A stretch of 64,000 nucleotides of DNA from an uncultured Nitrospiraceae bacterium (GCA_947085205.1 CAMTVO010000001.1:27142-91141); one strand, 5' to 3'; positions 28,085 through 38,089 are shown, counted from the stretch's first letter. Notes: generated from the sequence alone by a model not told the origin. Numbers and translations are program-made.

Positions 28085-28999
28085 TTGCTTAAACTCCGTG
28101 ACGGTATAATAGAACTGTATAAAAAGGTTGCTACATCCATTCCGAGCGATGTGGAGGAGGCGTTGAAAAACGCTCACTCCGGCGAGACTTCTCCTCTTGC
28201 AAAGGAATTTCTCAATGTTATTCTCCAGAACATCAAGGCCGCAAGGAAAACCGTCCGCCCCATATGTCAGGACACAGGGTTCCCTGTTTTCTTCATGAAG
28301 ATTCCCAAAGGATTGAGCCATCAGCTTGTAAAAGAGGTAATAATTGATGCCACCCGCATTGCCACACAGAAGATACCTTTAAGACCCAATGCCGTTGATG
28401 TTATAACCGAAAAAAACTCCGGCGACAATGTGGGGGAATACTTTCCAATGGTCTATACAGAGGAGACAGAAGAACAGTCCCTTGCAGTTGACCTCATGTT
28501 AAAGGGTGGAGGATGCGAGAATTTGGGAATGACTTATAAACTTCCTGTGACACTTAACTTTCAAGATGTTTTTAACTCCAAACTCCAAACGGTTCGACTG
28601 AGCTCGCCGAAGTCTCCAAACTTCGAAGTGTTAGCTGAGCGTGATTTTGACGGTGTAAGAAAGTGTGTTTTAGATGCTGTCTTTAAGGCTCAGGGCAAGG
28701 GGTGTCCTCCTTACACAATCGGGATTGCAATAGGCGGCGCAAAGGATCAGGTGACATTTCTTTCAAAGAGGCAGTTGATGAGGAGGATTCCTGATACGCA
28801 CCCCAATCCCGAGATTGCTGCGCTCGAAACAAAAATTCTCAGTGACATTAACAGCTTAGGCATAGGCACCGCAGGATTGGGTGGCAAAACAACTGCCGTC
28901 GGTGTAAAGATTGCAGCAGCCCACAGACATCCGGCATCTTATTTTGTCGATATATCTTTTTCGTGCTGGGCCAACAGAAGGGGAAGACTGATATGGTGA
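28085..28999 (+). CDS. Fe-S hydro-lyase (fumarate hydratase class I / tartrate dehydratase) alpha subunit
   Basis: Motifs PICQDTG, LRPNAV, KGGGCEN, GCPP, HRHPAS and CWA.R. Confidence 0.92.
   Translation: MLKLRDGIIELYKKVATSIPSDVEEALKNAHSGETSPLAKEFLNVILQNIKAARKTVRPICQDTGFPVFFMKIPKGLSHQLVKEVIIDATRIATQKIPLRPNAVDVITEKNSGDNVGEYFPMVYTEETEEQSLAVDLMLKGGGCENLGMTYKLPVTLNFQDVFNSKLQTVRLSSPKSPNFEVLAERDFDGVRKCVLDAVFKAQGKGCPPYTIGIAIGGAKDQVTFLSKRQLMRRIPDTHPNPEIAALETKILSDINSLGIGTAGLGGKTTAVGVKIAAAHRHPASYFVDISFSCWANRRGRLIW
28574..28628 (+). repeat. Composite heptamer/hairpin element, in-frame
   Basis: Near-identical to the reverse complement of 54133-54188. Confidence 0.9.
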
Positions 29000-29634
29000 A
29001 TGAGTCAGCAGTAGGCAGTGAGCAGTCAGCAGTCAAAAAAATAAATACGCCCCTGTCAAAAGATGCCGTCCTGAAGCTCAAGGTCGGAGATATGGTTCTT
29101 ATCAGTGGCAGGATTGTTACAGGGCGCGATAAGGTTCATAAATTCCTGTTTCACGACAAGCCTGGCAGGAAACAAATCCCATTCGAACTTGATGGGAGCA
29201 TAATTTACCACTGCGGACCTATAATTACCCCCGCCCTCCCCCTTGAAGGGGGAGGGGTGGGCGGGGGTAAACTAATTGCAGCAGGACCTACAACGAGTAT
29301 GAGAGTTGAGATGTACGAGGCAGAGGTGATAAAGACTTACGGCATAAGAGGCATAATAGGGAAAGGCGGAATGGGCGAGAAGACACTCGATGCAATGAAG
29401 GAATGCGGCTGCGTATATCTTCATACAATAAGCGGCGCTGCCGCATATCTTGCGGACAGGATTAAGAATGTGGTCGACGGATGGAAGATAGAAGAATTCG
29501 GAACGTCCGAGGCGATGTGGCTGCTGGATATTGAGGATTTTCCAGCAATAGTGACTATGGATGCGCATGGAAACAGTCTGCATAAGGATATAGAGAGAGT
29601 TTCGTTAGAAAGATTGAAGGAAATAATAGGATGA
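28993..29634 (+). CDS. Fe-S hydro-lyase beta subunit
   Basis: Motifs TGRD, IYHCGP, AGPTTSMR, IGKGGM and DAHGNSLH. Confidence 0.92.
   Translation: MVNESAVGSEQSAVKKINTPLSKDAVLKLKVGDMVLISGRIVTGRDKVHKFLFHDKPGRKQIPFELDGSIIYHCGPIITPALPLEGGGVGGGKLIAAGPTTSMRVEMYEAEVIKTYGIRGIIGKGGMGEKTLDAMKECGCVYLHTISGAAAYLADRIKNVVDGWKIEEFGTSEAMWLLDIEDFPAIVTMDAHGNSLHKDIERVSLERLKEIIG
29225..29270. repeat. GC-rich REP-like palindrome, in-frame in the hydro-lyase beta subunit
   Basis: ttacccccgccctcccccttgaagggggaggggtgggcgggggtaa; encodes TPALPLEGGGVGGG. Confidence 0.85.
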
Positions 29635-30569
29635 AGTTTTTTATTGCCGGCGGCACGGGGTTTATCGGAAGGCATCTTATAAGCGCCCTGAGTAAAAACG
29701 GCTATAATGTGCGCTGTCTTGTAAGAACAGAAGAAAAGGCGAAGGTCTGCAAGAGCGTAGGCTTTGAGGCAGCCATCGGCGATATTACCGACAGGGAGAG
29801 TCTAAAGGAAAAGCTTGACGGATGCGATGTTGCTGTTCACCTCGTTGGTATCATTGAAGAAAAAGGTGACATAACCTTTGAAAGAGTGCATGTTGAAGGG
29901 ACAGAAAACTTTGTTAATGAAGCAAAAAGGGCAGGAGCAAAGCACATATTTTATCAGAGCGCGCTCGGCGCTTCTTCAACTTCATGGTCAAAGTACTATA
30001 AAACAAAGGCAGAAGCAGAAGAGGTAATAAAGGAAGGTGGTCTCCCTTACACTATCTTCAGACCATCCCTTGTAATAGGGAAAGGAGATGGTTTCACAGA
30101 AAGGTTGAAAGAACTTATACGATTGGGACCGTTTGTGCCTATTCCCGGCGACGGAAATGCAAAGTTTCAGCCGATTTATGTGGGAGACTGGATAAAATGT
30201 TTTCTGAAGATTTTTTCTGATAATCCCCCCTCACCCCCCTTTAGTAAAGGGGGGATGGGGGGGATTTACGAATTTGGCGGGCCTGAACATCTCACATACA
30301 ATGAACTGGTTGTTCAGCTTATGGAGGCTATGGGAATCAACAAACCCCTGATACATCTGCCGATAGATATGATAAAACTTAGCCTGCCTTTCTCCGGAAT
30401 ATTGAGGAAGATAGGCGGGCTGCTGGGTAAAAAAATTCCGACAGTTACCGGCGAACAATTGAGTCTACTGCGGTTGGATAATATATGCGATATCAAATCC
30501 ATCGAAAACAGCTTCGGTTTTAAGCCTCTGACTTACAGGGAGGCGCTGAAGTTGTTTGTCAAGGAATAA
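29631..30569 (+). CDS. NAD(P)-dependent epimerase / NDUFA9-like SDR
   Basis: Motifs GGTGFIG, HLVGII.E, Y..TK..AE, FRPS and FQPIYVGD. Confidence 0.9.
   Translation: MKFFIAGGTGFIGRHLISALSKNGYNVRCLVRTEEKAKVCKSVGFEAAIGDITDRESLKEKLDGCDVAVHLVGIIEEKGDITFERVHVEGTENFVNEAKRAGAKHIFYQSALGASSTSWSKYYKTKAEAEEVIKEGGLPYTIFRPSLVIGKGDGFTERLKELIRLGPFVPIPGDGNAKFQPIYVGDWIKCFLKIFSDNPPSPPFSKGGMGGIYEFGGPEHLTYNELVVQLMEAMGINKPLIHLPIDMIKLSLPFSGILRKIGGLLGKKIPTVTGEQLSLLRLDNICDIKSIENSFGFKPLTYREALKLFVKE
30222..30266. repeat. GC-rich REP-like palindrome, in-frame in the SDR
   Basis: aatcccccctcacccccctttagtaaaggggggatgggggggatt; encodes NPPSPPFSKGGMGGI. Confidence 0.85.
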
Positions 30570-30571
30570 AA

Positions 30572-30991
30572 CTATTTAACCACCAGCACCGGGCATTTTG
30601 AGTAATCGACTACTTTGGATGAAACGCTTCCGAGTAGAAATTTTTTTGTTCCGTGCCTTCCGTGCGAGCCTGTTATAATCAAATCAACCTTCATTTTCTG
30701 TGCTGTTTCGAGTATTTTTTCCGCAGGGTCGCCCTGTCTGATGAGAGTCTTGACCTCTATGGATTTGCCTGACAGCGATTTCCTTATTTTTTCCATCGAC
30801 TCTGATGTTTCACGCGAAAGGGCGTCAAAGATGCGGTTTCTGTCGACATCAGAAAGCTCTGTAAGATAGAGCTCAGGTATTACAGCGAGCACAGTAAGTG
30901 AGGCATTAAAGCTTACAGCCATCTCAACCGCTTTTTTCAATGCCTTGTCCGAAGATTTAGAGCCGTCGTGGGCTACAAGTATTTTCTGCAT
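30572..30991 (-). CDS. Universal stress protein
   Basis: Motifs KILVAHDGS, GSHG, LLGSVS and CPVLVV. Confidence 0.95.
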   Translation of the reverse strand: MQKILVAHDGSKSSDKALKKAVEMAVSFNASLTVLAVIPELYLTELSDVDRNRIFDALSRETSESMEKIRKSLSGKSIEVKTLIRQGDPAEKILETAQKMKVDLIITGSHGRHGTKKFLLGSVSSKVVDYSKCPVLVVK

Positions 30992-31007
30992 AATTTTCCT
31001 CCTTTTG

Positions 31008-32000
31008 CTAATCTTTCAGGTTTCTCACAAAATCTCTATTTTCAATATACCATTTAACAGTTCTCTCGACACCCTCTTCTATGGATATCTTAGGGGACCA
31101 GCCGAGCACTTCCTTTGATGAGTCTATATCCGCCCATGTAGCGGTTATATCAGCCGGATGGAGTGGAAGCCATTGCATCTCGGCCTTTTTCCCGAGTTTA
31201 TCTTCGATTAGATTGATTACATGCATGAGTTTTACAGGACTGTCGCTGCCGAGATTGAATGTATCATAGCCTACCTTTTTAAGCCCTTTTATGGTTCCGT
31301 CGGCAATATCGTCTATATAGGTAAAATCACGCTTTTGTTTTCCATCGCCGAAGACAGGTATGGGTTTCCTCATGTCCATGTTTTTTATAAATCTGAAGAT
31401 GCTCATATCAGGACGGCCTGCCGGACCGTATACTGTGAAATATCTAAGGACTGTTGTATCGATTCCGTACAGATAGTGATAGCTGTAACACATTGCCTCT
31501 GCCCCCTTTTTTGTAGCGGAATAAGGAGCCAGCGGATGGTCTGTATTGTCATAAACGCTGAAAGGCATCTTTTTGTTATCACCGTAAACGCTGGATGTCG
31601 ATGCAAGGACAAATTTCTTTACATTGTGTGTCTTACAGCATTCAAGGAGATTCAGAGTTCCCTTTAGATTGGTATCGAGATATGCCCAAGGGTCTTCTAC
31701 AGATGCCCTTACTCCTGCCCTTGCAGCAAGGTTGATTACTGCATCTATCGTGTAATTGGCAAATACTGTTTTGACCGCATCAAAATCGGCTATATCACAT
31801 TGATGAAAACTGAAGCTAACTCTTAACTCTTCACTCTTAACTCGTAACTGTTTTAGCCGCCACTCTTTCAGTCTCGGATCGTAGTAATCGTTCATATTAT
31901 CGACTCCTGTTACCATATGCCCCTGCCCTAAAAGCAGTTCAGAGACCTTATGGCCTATGAAGCCGCAGCATCCTGTAACTAATATGCGCTCATAGTTCAT
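31008..32000 (-). CDS. NAD-dependent nucleotide-sugar epimerase (UDP-glucuronate 4-epimerase-like)
   Basis: Motifs TGCCGFIG, LAARAGVR, YSATKK and RYFTVYGP.GRPDM. Confidence 0.92.
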   Translation of the reverse strand: MNYERILVTGCCGFIGHKVSELLLGQGHMVTGVDNMNDYYDPRLKEWRLKQLRVKSEELRVSFSFHQCDIADFDAVKTVFANYTIDAVINLAARAGVRASVEDPWAYLDTNLKGTLNLLECCKTHNVKKFVLASTSSVYGDNKKMPFSVYDNTDHPLAPYSATKKGAEAMCYSYHYLYGIDTTVLRYFTVYGPAGRPDMSIFRFIKNMDMRKPIPVFGDGKQKRDFTYIDDIADGTIKGLKKVGYDTFNLGSDSPVKLMHVINLIEDKLGKKAEMQWLPLHPADITATWADIDSSKEVLGWSPKISIEEGVERTVKWYIENRDFVRNLKD

Positions 32001-32053
32001 AGCTCATAGCTCATGGTTTTCACTATGAGCCATCAGCTATCAGCGATGAGCTA
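31987..32053. repeat. Inverted pair of heptamer arrays (TAGCTCA family)
   Basis: gctcata gttcata gctcata gctcatg, spacer, then atgagcc atcagct atcagcg atgagct. Confidence 0.9.
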
Positions 32054-32070
32054 AGGTATTTTACCATATT

Positions 32071-33405
32071 TCATCGGGACTTAACATGAATCCTTATGGG
32101 CGTGCCTTTGAATGAGTAGGCTTCACGTAAAGACTTCTCTATATACCTGAGGTGATGGTCTTTGACGCCTGAGGGGTAATTTACAAATATTGTAAACGCA
32201 GGCGGCTTTACCCCGACCTGTGTGATATAGAAGAACTTCAGCTCTTTTCCCCTGTATGAAGGGAACGGCTTTTCAGAGAGAATTCCCGACAGAAACTTGT
32301 TTAGTTCTGCCGTCGGTATCCTTTTCTCCCTCTCTGAGATAATTTCGTCTATAATCGGGAATATCTTTGTTATCCTTTTTTTTCCGAGGCCGGATATGGT
32401 TATGCAAGGCGCATAGTCTATGAACCACATTTTATTTTTCAGTTCCTGCATAATTTTCTTGTACTCTGCATCAGGCTCTTTTACCAAATCCCATTTGTTC
32501 AGCAGAAAGATTCCGCCCTTTCCGTACTCTTTGACCAAGCCTGCTATTTTTTTATCCTGCTCGACTAGGCCTTCTGATGCATCGAATATTACTATGACAA
32601 CATCGGCCTTTTCTATGCTCCTGATTGCCCTGACAACAGAGAATCTTTCTATGGAGTATATCTTGCCCCTTCTCCGTATTCCTGCAGGGTCGATGAACAG
32701 GTATTTTTTCCCGTAGTAACTGCAGACAGAGTCTATGGAATCTCTTGTCGTTCCGGGCACGGGGCTGACTATAAGTCTCTTTTTTCCCAAAAGCGAGTTT
32801 ATCAGTGTGGATTTCCCTACATTCGGTCTTCCTACCACAGCAATCTTAGGCATATCTTCTCCGGCAGGAGGCATATCTTCTCCGGTAGTGACACCAGAAA
32901 CAATCTTATCCATAAATTCATCGAAACCATAGCCTGTTTCGGCAGATACCGGTATAATCTCAGCAGCGCCGATTCTGTAAAATTCGAACAGCCTGTCTTC
33001 TTTTGAAGGGGTGTCTATTTTGTTTGCGACCCAGAAGATTTTTTTCCCCGATTCCCTGAGGATATTTGCCATCTCTGCATCAGAGGGATTGAGTCCCTCT
33101 TTTCCATCGAGCAGATGGATTATTATATCAGCCTCTTCAATTGCGAACAGCGCCTGTTCCCTGACCTGCCGGACCATCTCTTTGTCCTCATGAGGCATCC
33201 CTTCTGCATAAAACCCGCCGGTATCGACAACCATGAACCTCTTGCCGTTCCATTCGGTCTCCGCATAGTTTCTGTCCCTTGTAACTCCTGGGATACTCTC
33301 GGTGATAGCGGTGGATTTTGTGCGGTCCGCACCCATCCGTATCATGCGGTTAAAGAGGGTCGATTTCCCTACATTAGCCCTTCCTACAATAGCAATTATG
33401 TTCAT
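32071..33405 (-). CDS. der: Ribosome biogenesis GTPase Der (EngA)
   Basis: Two G domains (GRANVGKS, GRPNVGKS; DTGG, NKID, NKWD) and KH-like C-terminus. Confidence 0.97.
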   Translation of the reverse strand: MNIIAIVGRANVGKSTLFNRMIRMGADRTKSTAITESIPGVTRDRNYAETEWNGKRFMVVDTGGFYAEGMPHEDKEMVRQVREQALFAIEEADIIIHLLDGKEGLNPSDAEMANILRESGKKIFWVANKIDTPSKEDRLFEFYRIGAAEIIPVSAETGYGFDEFMDKIVSGVTTGEDMPPAGEDMPKIAVVGRPNVGKSTLINSLLGKKRLIVSPVPGTTRDSIDSVCSYYGKKYLFIDPAGIRRRGKIYSIERFSVVRAIRSIEKADVVIVIFDASEGLVEQDKKIAGLVKEYGKGGIFLLNKWDLVKEPDAEYKKIMQELKNKMWFIDYAPCITISGLGKKRITKIFPIIDEIISEREKRIPTAELNKFLSGILSEKPFPSYRGKELKFFYITQVGVKPPAFTIFVNYPSGVKDHHLRYIEKSLREAYSFKGTPIRIHVKSR

Positions 33406-33448
33406 AGGTTTTCCATTGTTCCAATACTCCATCACTCCAATTCTTTTT

Positions 33449-33661
33449 ACCTAAATTGAGCGATTCTAATCATAGAAATATGAGTCAGGTGCTGCGAAAA
33501 GACTTTAAACCACGCACTTGTAAATTCATCGTCTTGTATTCGTCATCCGCGTCGGTGGTCTCTTGTTTAGTGATACTTTTATAATCTCTCATATACACTG
33601 AAATCAACACTTTTTAAAGTCTTTGAGCAGTGCCTGACTCATAAAATCGCTTAACTTAGGT
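33449..33661. mobile_element. 213-bp MITE-like element with long asymmetric inverted arms
   Basis: acctaaattgagcgatt/aatcgcttaacttaggt; tatgagtcagg...aaagactttaaa/tttaaagtcttt...cctgactcata. Confidence 0.8.
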
Positions 33662-33662
33662 T

Positions 33663-35030
33663 TTAGTTTTTCGGTTCCGCAATATCGTATGCCTTAATTT
33701 TTTTGTGGAGATTGCTTCTCTCTACATCGATAGCCGCTGCTGTCCTGGACACATTCCAGTTGTTTTCCTGAAGCTTTATTTTTATGAAGCACTTCTCGAA
33801 TGAATCGCGTGCGTCTTTGAGCGTCGTGTAAGAGAAATAATCGTATTCCTTCGATTCCGGTTGGCCGAACATTCCTAATATATCCACATCGCCTTTTGTG
33901 ATTATATTGGACGGCGCCATTATCATTAGCCGTTCGACGGCATTTTTCAGCTCCCTTATATTACCCGGCCAGTCGTAATCCTGAAACAGCTTCACCACTT
34001 CCGGAGTGATCTCTTTAGGTTTCGCGCCGTTTTCTGATGAAAATGTCCCGATAAGATATTGTATTAACTGCGGTATATCCTCGCGCCTTTCCTTCAAAGG
34101 CGGGATTGTTATCGGGATAACATTCAGCCTGAAATAAAGGTCTTCCCTGAAGTTTCCGTTTCTTGCCTCCTCCTGAAGGTTTTTGTTCGTGGCTGCAATA
34201 ATCCTTACGTCGACCTTTATATTCTTGCTGCCTCCGACCCTCTGAAATACCTGCGTCTCTATTACCCTCAGCACCTTTGCCTGCGTCTGCAAAGTCATAT
34301 CGCCTATCTCATCTAAAAAGAGCGTTCCTTTATCGGCAAGCTCGAACTTGCCGCTCTTTCTCTCTGCAGCACCTGTAAAGGCTCCTTTTTCGTGGCCGAA
34401 CAGTTCGCTCTCGATTAACTCCTGCGGTATCGCTGCACAATTCACCTCGATAAACGGTCCATCGGAACGTTGACTCTTTTCATGCAGCAGCCTTGCCACA
34501 AGCTCTTTTCCTGTTCCACTTTCGCCGAGTATTAGCACCCTGCTGCTGCTCTGAGCAGCCATCTCTATCTGCTGCTTTAAGAGCCGCATCTTTTCCGAGT
34601 CGCCTATTAATCTGTATTTCTTGATCAGGTTCTCTTTTAAAGAGCGGTTTTCTTCCTCGAGGCTTTTGCGCTCAAGCGCACGCTTGGCGGCTATCAGCAC
34701 TTTTTCAAGAGACAGAGGCTTTTCTAAGAAGTCATATGCGCCGAGCCTTGTGGCCTTAACTGCAATCTCGATATTGCCGTGCCCGGAGATCATAATTACA
34801 GGTATTCCGACGTCTGTTTCCTTTAATTTAGACAATGTTTCGATGCCGTCCATTTCAGGAAGCCAGACATCGAGGAATACGATGTCCGGCATGTGGTCCC
34901 TTGCTGCTGCCAATGCCTCTTCGCCTGACGAGGCGGTCAGCACGTCATAGCCTTCGTCTTCCAGTATGCCTGAGAGGCTTTCCCTTATGCCTTCCTCGTC
35001 GTCTACTATCAAGACTGATTTCTTGGACAT
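33663..35030 (-). CDS. ntrX: NtrX-like sigma54-dependent response regulator
   Basis: Receiver plus AAA (GESGTGKE, ESELFGHEKGAFTGA, WPGNIREL) plus HTH. Confidence 0.85.
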   Translation of the reverse strand: MSKKSVLIVDDEEGIRESLSGILEDEGYDVLTASSGEEALAAARDHMPDIVFLDVWLPEMDGIETLSKLKETDVGIPVIMISGHGNIEIAVKATRLGAYDFLEKPLSLEKVLIAAKRALERKSLEEENRSLKENLIKKYRLIGDSEKMRLLKQQIEMAAQSSSRVLILGESGTGKELVARLLHEKSQRSDGPFIEVNCAAIPQELIESELFGHEKGAFTGAAERKSGKFELADKGTLFLDEIGDMTLQTQAKVLRVIETQVFQRVGGSKNIKVDVRIIAATNKNLQEEARNGNFREDLYFRLNVIPITIPPLKERREDIPQLIQYLIGTFSSENGAKPKEITPEVVKLFQDYDWPGNIRELKNAVERLMIMAPSNIITKGDVDILGMFGQPESKEYDYFSYTTLKDARDSFEKCFIKIKLQENNWNVSRTAAAIDVERSNLHKKIKAYDIAEPKN

Positions 35031-35042
35031 TATCAACTCCTT

Positions 35043-35128
35043 ATACGTTATAGCGTTCAGCGTCAAGCGTTATAGCGTAAAATATTATCTATAACTCTAT
35101 AACTCTACTCTATAACTCACTACGCTAT
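35043..35128. repeat. Inverted pair of octamer arrays (TATAGCGT ... CTATAACT) at the ntrY/ntrX junction
   Basis: Same unit family as 43069-43160. Confidence 0.8.
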
Positions 35129-37144
35129 AGGTATTTCCACGGTAAAGATACTTCCTTTTGGATTATTGTCTCTAATCAGAATTCTTCCTCCGTGGTCAGT
35201 CACTATCTTGTTCGCTATGGCAAGGCCGAGACCAGTGCCATCCTTCCTCTTGGAGAAGTAAGGAATAAAGAGTTTTTCCTTTTCTTCATCGCTAATCCCC
35301 GGCCCTGTATCCGCAATATCGATTACTACACTATTTTCGTTCATTTTCACGGAAATATCAATGACTCCTCTGCCGCTCATTGCATTTATGGCATTATCTA
35401 TAATATTTATCAGCGCCCTTTTGAACTGCTCAACATCGATATTGACGGACGGAATCCCTTCCTGCATCGCAATATCTATCTCCAGATACCTGAATCCTCT
35501 GTACAAAGACACCGCATCGTCTATCAACTCAATTAGATTCGCAGGAGCCTTGTTTACTTCAGGCATTCTGCCGTACCTTGAAAAGACATCGACGAGTCTT
35601 TTCAGGCTCTCGACCTCTGTAATAATTGTCTTCGTCGATTTTTCGAATACTGCATTGAAGTCCTCATCCTTTTGCTGCCACTTTTTTATAAGACGTTCTG
35701 TTGAAAGCTTGATCGGCGTGAGGGGATTTTTAATCTCGTGCGCGATTCTCCTTGCTACTTCCTGCCAAGTTATTGCCTTCTGCGCCTTAATGATGTCGGT
35801 CAGGTCGTCAAAGACAACTAACATGCCGAGAGAGCCGGACGTATAGGATTCCCTTATCCCGGATATGTAAACTATCAGTGTGAGCATCTTGCCTTCGATG
35901 TTTACCTTCACCTCTTTCTTTATCTCCCTTATCTTTTTGCCTTCCATATCTTTAACCATCTGTGTTAGATCTTCTGAATTTAGTCCTGCAATGAAATCCT
36001 TGTAGTCCTTGTCTATTATATCTTCCTGTCTTGCATTCAGTATGGAACAGGCTGCCTTGTTGAAGGTCAAAATCTTTCCGGTATTGTCGAGGAATATTAC
36101 TCCTGAGTTGATGTTTTCGAGGATGTTTTCGAGATAGAGTCTTCTTTTGTCCGATTCCGTATAAGCCTTTTCAAGCGAATCCTTGCTGTCCTTTAATTGC
36201 TTCACCATCTGGTTGAATGAATTGATCAAAAGACCGACCTCATCCTCACTTTTTACATCGACCTGCACATCCAGATCGCCTGATGCAACCCTTTCTGTCG
36301 CCATTGCAAGGCTCTGAATAGGGATTGTGATGCCCCTCGATATCTTTAGCGAAACCCATAATCCGGTAAAGACCATCATAAGGGTCAAAAAGCCTAAAAT
36401 AAGTATGTAGTTAAGTCTCAGAGGCTCTTTTAGGGATTCGAGTTTTAAGTAGTCCTCGTAGAGGTTTTGTATTCTTTCCGTCTTTTCCGAAAAGGCCTTT
36501 GGAAGGATAAAATCAACTACTATTACTCCGCCCTTTGAACGGTCAGGCACAGCAGCCCTTATGATGTCGCCTGTGTCTTTTGAAATGACCTCTGTGCCTT
36601 CGTTTCCGTGCAACGCGTCCTTAATTATATCTGTAGCATTTGGCGGAAGACCGGCATAGCGGTGAACCGACATGTCCGGCGGAAGCGGCTGTTTGCCGGC
36701 AGCGGCGAATCTTGCCGCTTTCAGCACCCGTTCTCTTTCGAGGTCGTAAAACTCCCTTGCAAGCTCGACCGACTTCTGGAAAGGCTCTTTCATCTGTGGA
36801 GAAAAGATGCGGCTGATATAATTGGTTGCAAGGCCGCTCGCAGCAACAAACAGGAAGGCCGACGGTATAAGTGTGAGAATAACAAAGATGGTCATGAGCT
36901 TTGTCCTGAATTTATAGCCCAATACCTTGTTCTGTCTTTCGATATACAGCCTGAAGATGTTTTTTCCGACAAAGAACATGAGGGTGAGGAGGGCAAGGAT
37001 GTTGATGGTGAGAAGCCCTATGAGTAAAATCCTTGTTGTTATGTCAACCGACGGCAGTTTGATAAAGTAAAGCTCTACGGCTGTAATGACAGAAACCAAG
37101 AGGAGCAGTCCGAATACTATTATCAGGGGTTTGAATATTCTCAT
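35120..37144 (-). CDS. ntrY: NtrY-like HAMP/PAS sensor kinase
   Basis: WQEVARRIAHEIKNPLTPIKLSTERL; HAMP and PAS domains. Confidence 0.9.
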   Translation of the reverse strand: MRIFKPLIIVFGLLLLVSVITAVELYFIKLPSVDITTRILLIGLLTINILALLTLMFFVGKNIFRLYIERQNKVLGYKFRTKLMTIFVILTLIPSAFLFVAASGLATNYISRIFSPQMKEPFQKSVELAREFYDLERERVLKAARFAAAGKQPLPPDMSVHRYAGLPPNATDIIKDALHGNEGTEVISKDTGDIIRAAVPDRSKGGVIVVDFILPKAFSEKTERIQNLYEDYLKLESLKEPLRLNYILILGFLTLMMVFTGLWVSLKISRGITIPIQSLAMATERVASGDLDVQVDVKSEDEVGLLINSFNQMVKQLKDSKDSLEKAYTESDKRRLYLENILENINSGVIFLDNTGKILTFNKAACSILNARQEDIIDKDYKDFIAGLNSEDLTQMVKDMEGKKIREIKKEVKVNIEGKMLTLIVYISGIRESYTSGSLGMLVVFDDLTDIIKAQKAITWQEVARRIAHEIKNPLTPIKLSTERLIKKWQQKDEDFNAVFEKSTKTIITEVESLKRLVDVFSRYGRMPEVNKAPANLIELIDDAVSLYRGFRYLEIDIAMQEGIPSVNIDVEQFKRALINIIDNAINAMSGRGVIDISVKMNENSVVIDIADTGPGISDEEKEKLFIPYFSKRKDGTGLGLAIANKIVTDHGGRILIRDNNPKGSIFTVEIPIA

Positions 37145-37788
37145 TTTCTGTTTATCCGGAACCTTTGCGAATCTTTCGAAATACTGAATTCCTTCTCAGG
37201 AACAAAGAAGAGGAGATAGCCTATTACAGGGGGCAGTTTCCTTATTCTGGAATCAACGGTTATTTTAACGAAATATTCGCCCGGCTCCAATTCCCTTATG
37301 TTTGTCAATTTCATTTCTGCGATGCTCATAGACCATTCGACCATCATCTCTAACTCTTTAAATCTCTTTTCTAACTGGATGCTGCCGTCGAGGCTCGATG
37401 CAACATATTCGCGTTTTATAGGATTGCTTTTAATTATCCTCACAATCTTTCTGCCGGTAACGAACTCATCAGGCAATATGTCCCAAACCCTGAAAAGGTC
37501 TATGTAGAATACAAGCTCTTTTGACAGTCCGCTGCTCAAGTCGTTCATGAACTTTGTGTCAGGCTTTACAGAGGTTGTGACGTATATGTCATTGTTATGT
37601 ATTTTTACATCGACGACAGATATCTCGGCAGCAAAGCCTGGAGCCGCGAGCATGAGAACACAGAGCACCAGAGCAGCAGAGCAGTAGAGCAGCAGTCTTT
37701 TAAAGGAATAAATTTTTCCATAATTTAACTGTCGCTCTGTTGCACTATTAACTATCGCACTATGTCGCTCTGTCGCACTATTTTTCAT
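37141..37788 (-). CDS. DUF4390-like exported protein; N-terminus repeat-derived, true start uncertain
   Basis: Usual position upstream of ntrY; signal-peptide-like stretch; KLPPVIGYLLFF. Confidence 0.7.
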   Translation of the reverse strand: MKNSATERHSAIVNSATERQLNYGKIYSFKRLLLYCSAALVLCVLMLAAPGFAAEISVVDVKIHNNDIYVTTSVKPDTKFMNDLSSGLSKELVFYIDLFRVWDILPDEFVTGRKIVRIIKSNPIKREYVASSLDGSIQLEKRFKELEMMVEWSMSIAEMKLTNIRELEPGEYFVKITVDSRIRKLPPVIGYLLFFVPEKEFSISKDSQRFRINRK

Positions 37789-37876
37789 CTTGACATATTA
37801 CTAAAAATTTATTTTCATTATAACATAGACATTAGATGAGTTAAGGAGCTAATGAGTTAGGAGTTGAGAGTTAACG

Positions 37877-38089
37877 CTATTAAATATTCTGAATCCAATC
37901 AAGAACTGTCCTGAAGTCTGCAGTATTTATTGTGCTACGGCAAATCCCTTAGAGGTTCTTGTTGCCTCAGCAGAGCAGGGAAATGGTATTATAGGCGTTA
38001 TTGACGGCTTTCCGCCAAAGGGGGTGGAGGGCGAAGAAGACAAAAAGCACAGGAAAGAGTTTTTAAGGAAGATAGGGTAAAGGAAGTGA
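37877..38089 (+). pseudogene. 3' remnant of an adenosine-specific kinase family gene (absent from the ORF track)
   Basis: [28 protein letters not shown]...[15 protein letters not shown]...[11 protein letters not shown]; no start codon. Confidence 0.8.

Noticed and set aside
27862..28092. 76-aa ORF between the methyltransferase and the hydro-lyase
   Set aside because: TTG start inside the upstream gene, no RBS and no recognisable motif; more likely promoter DNA.
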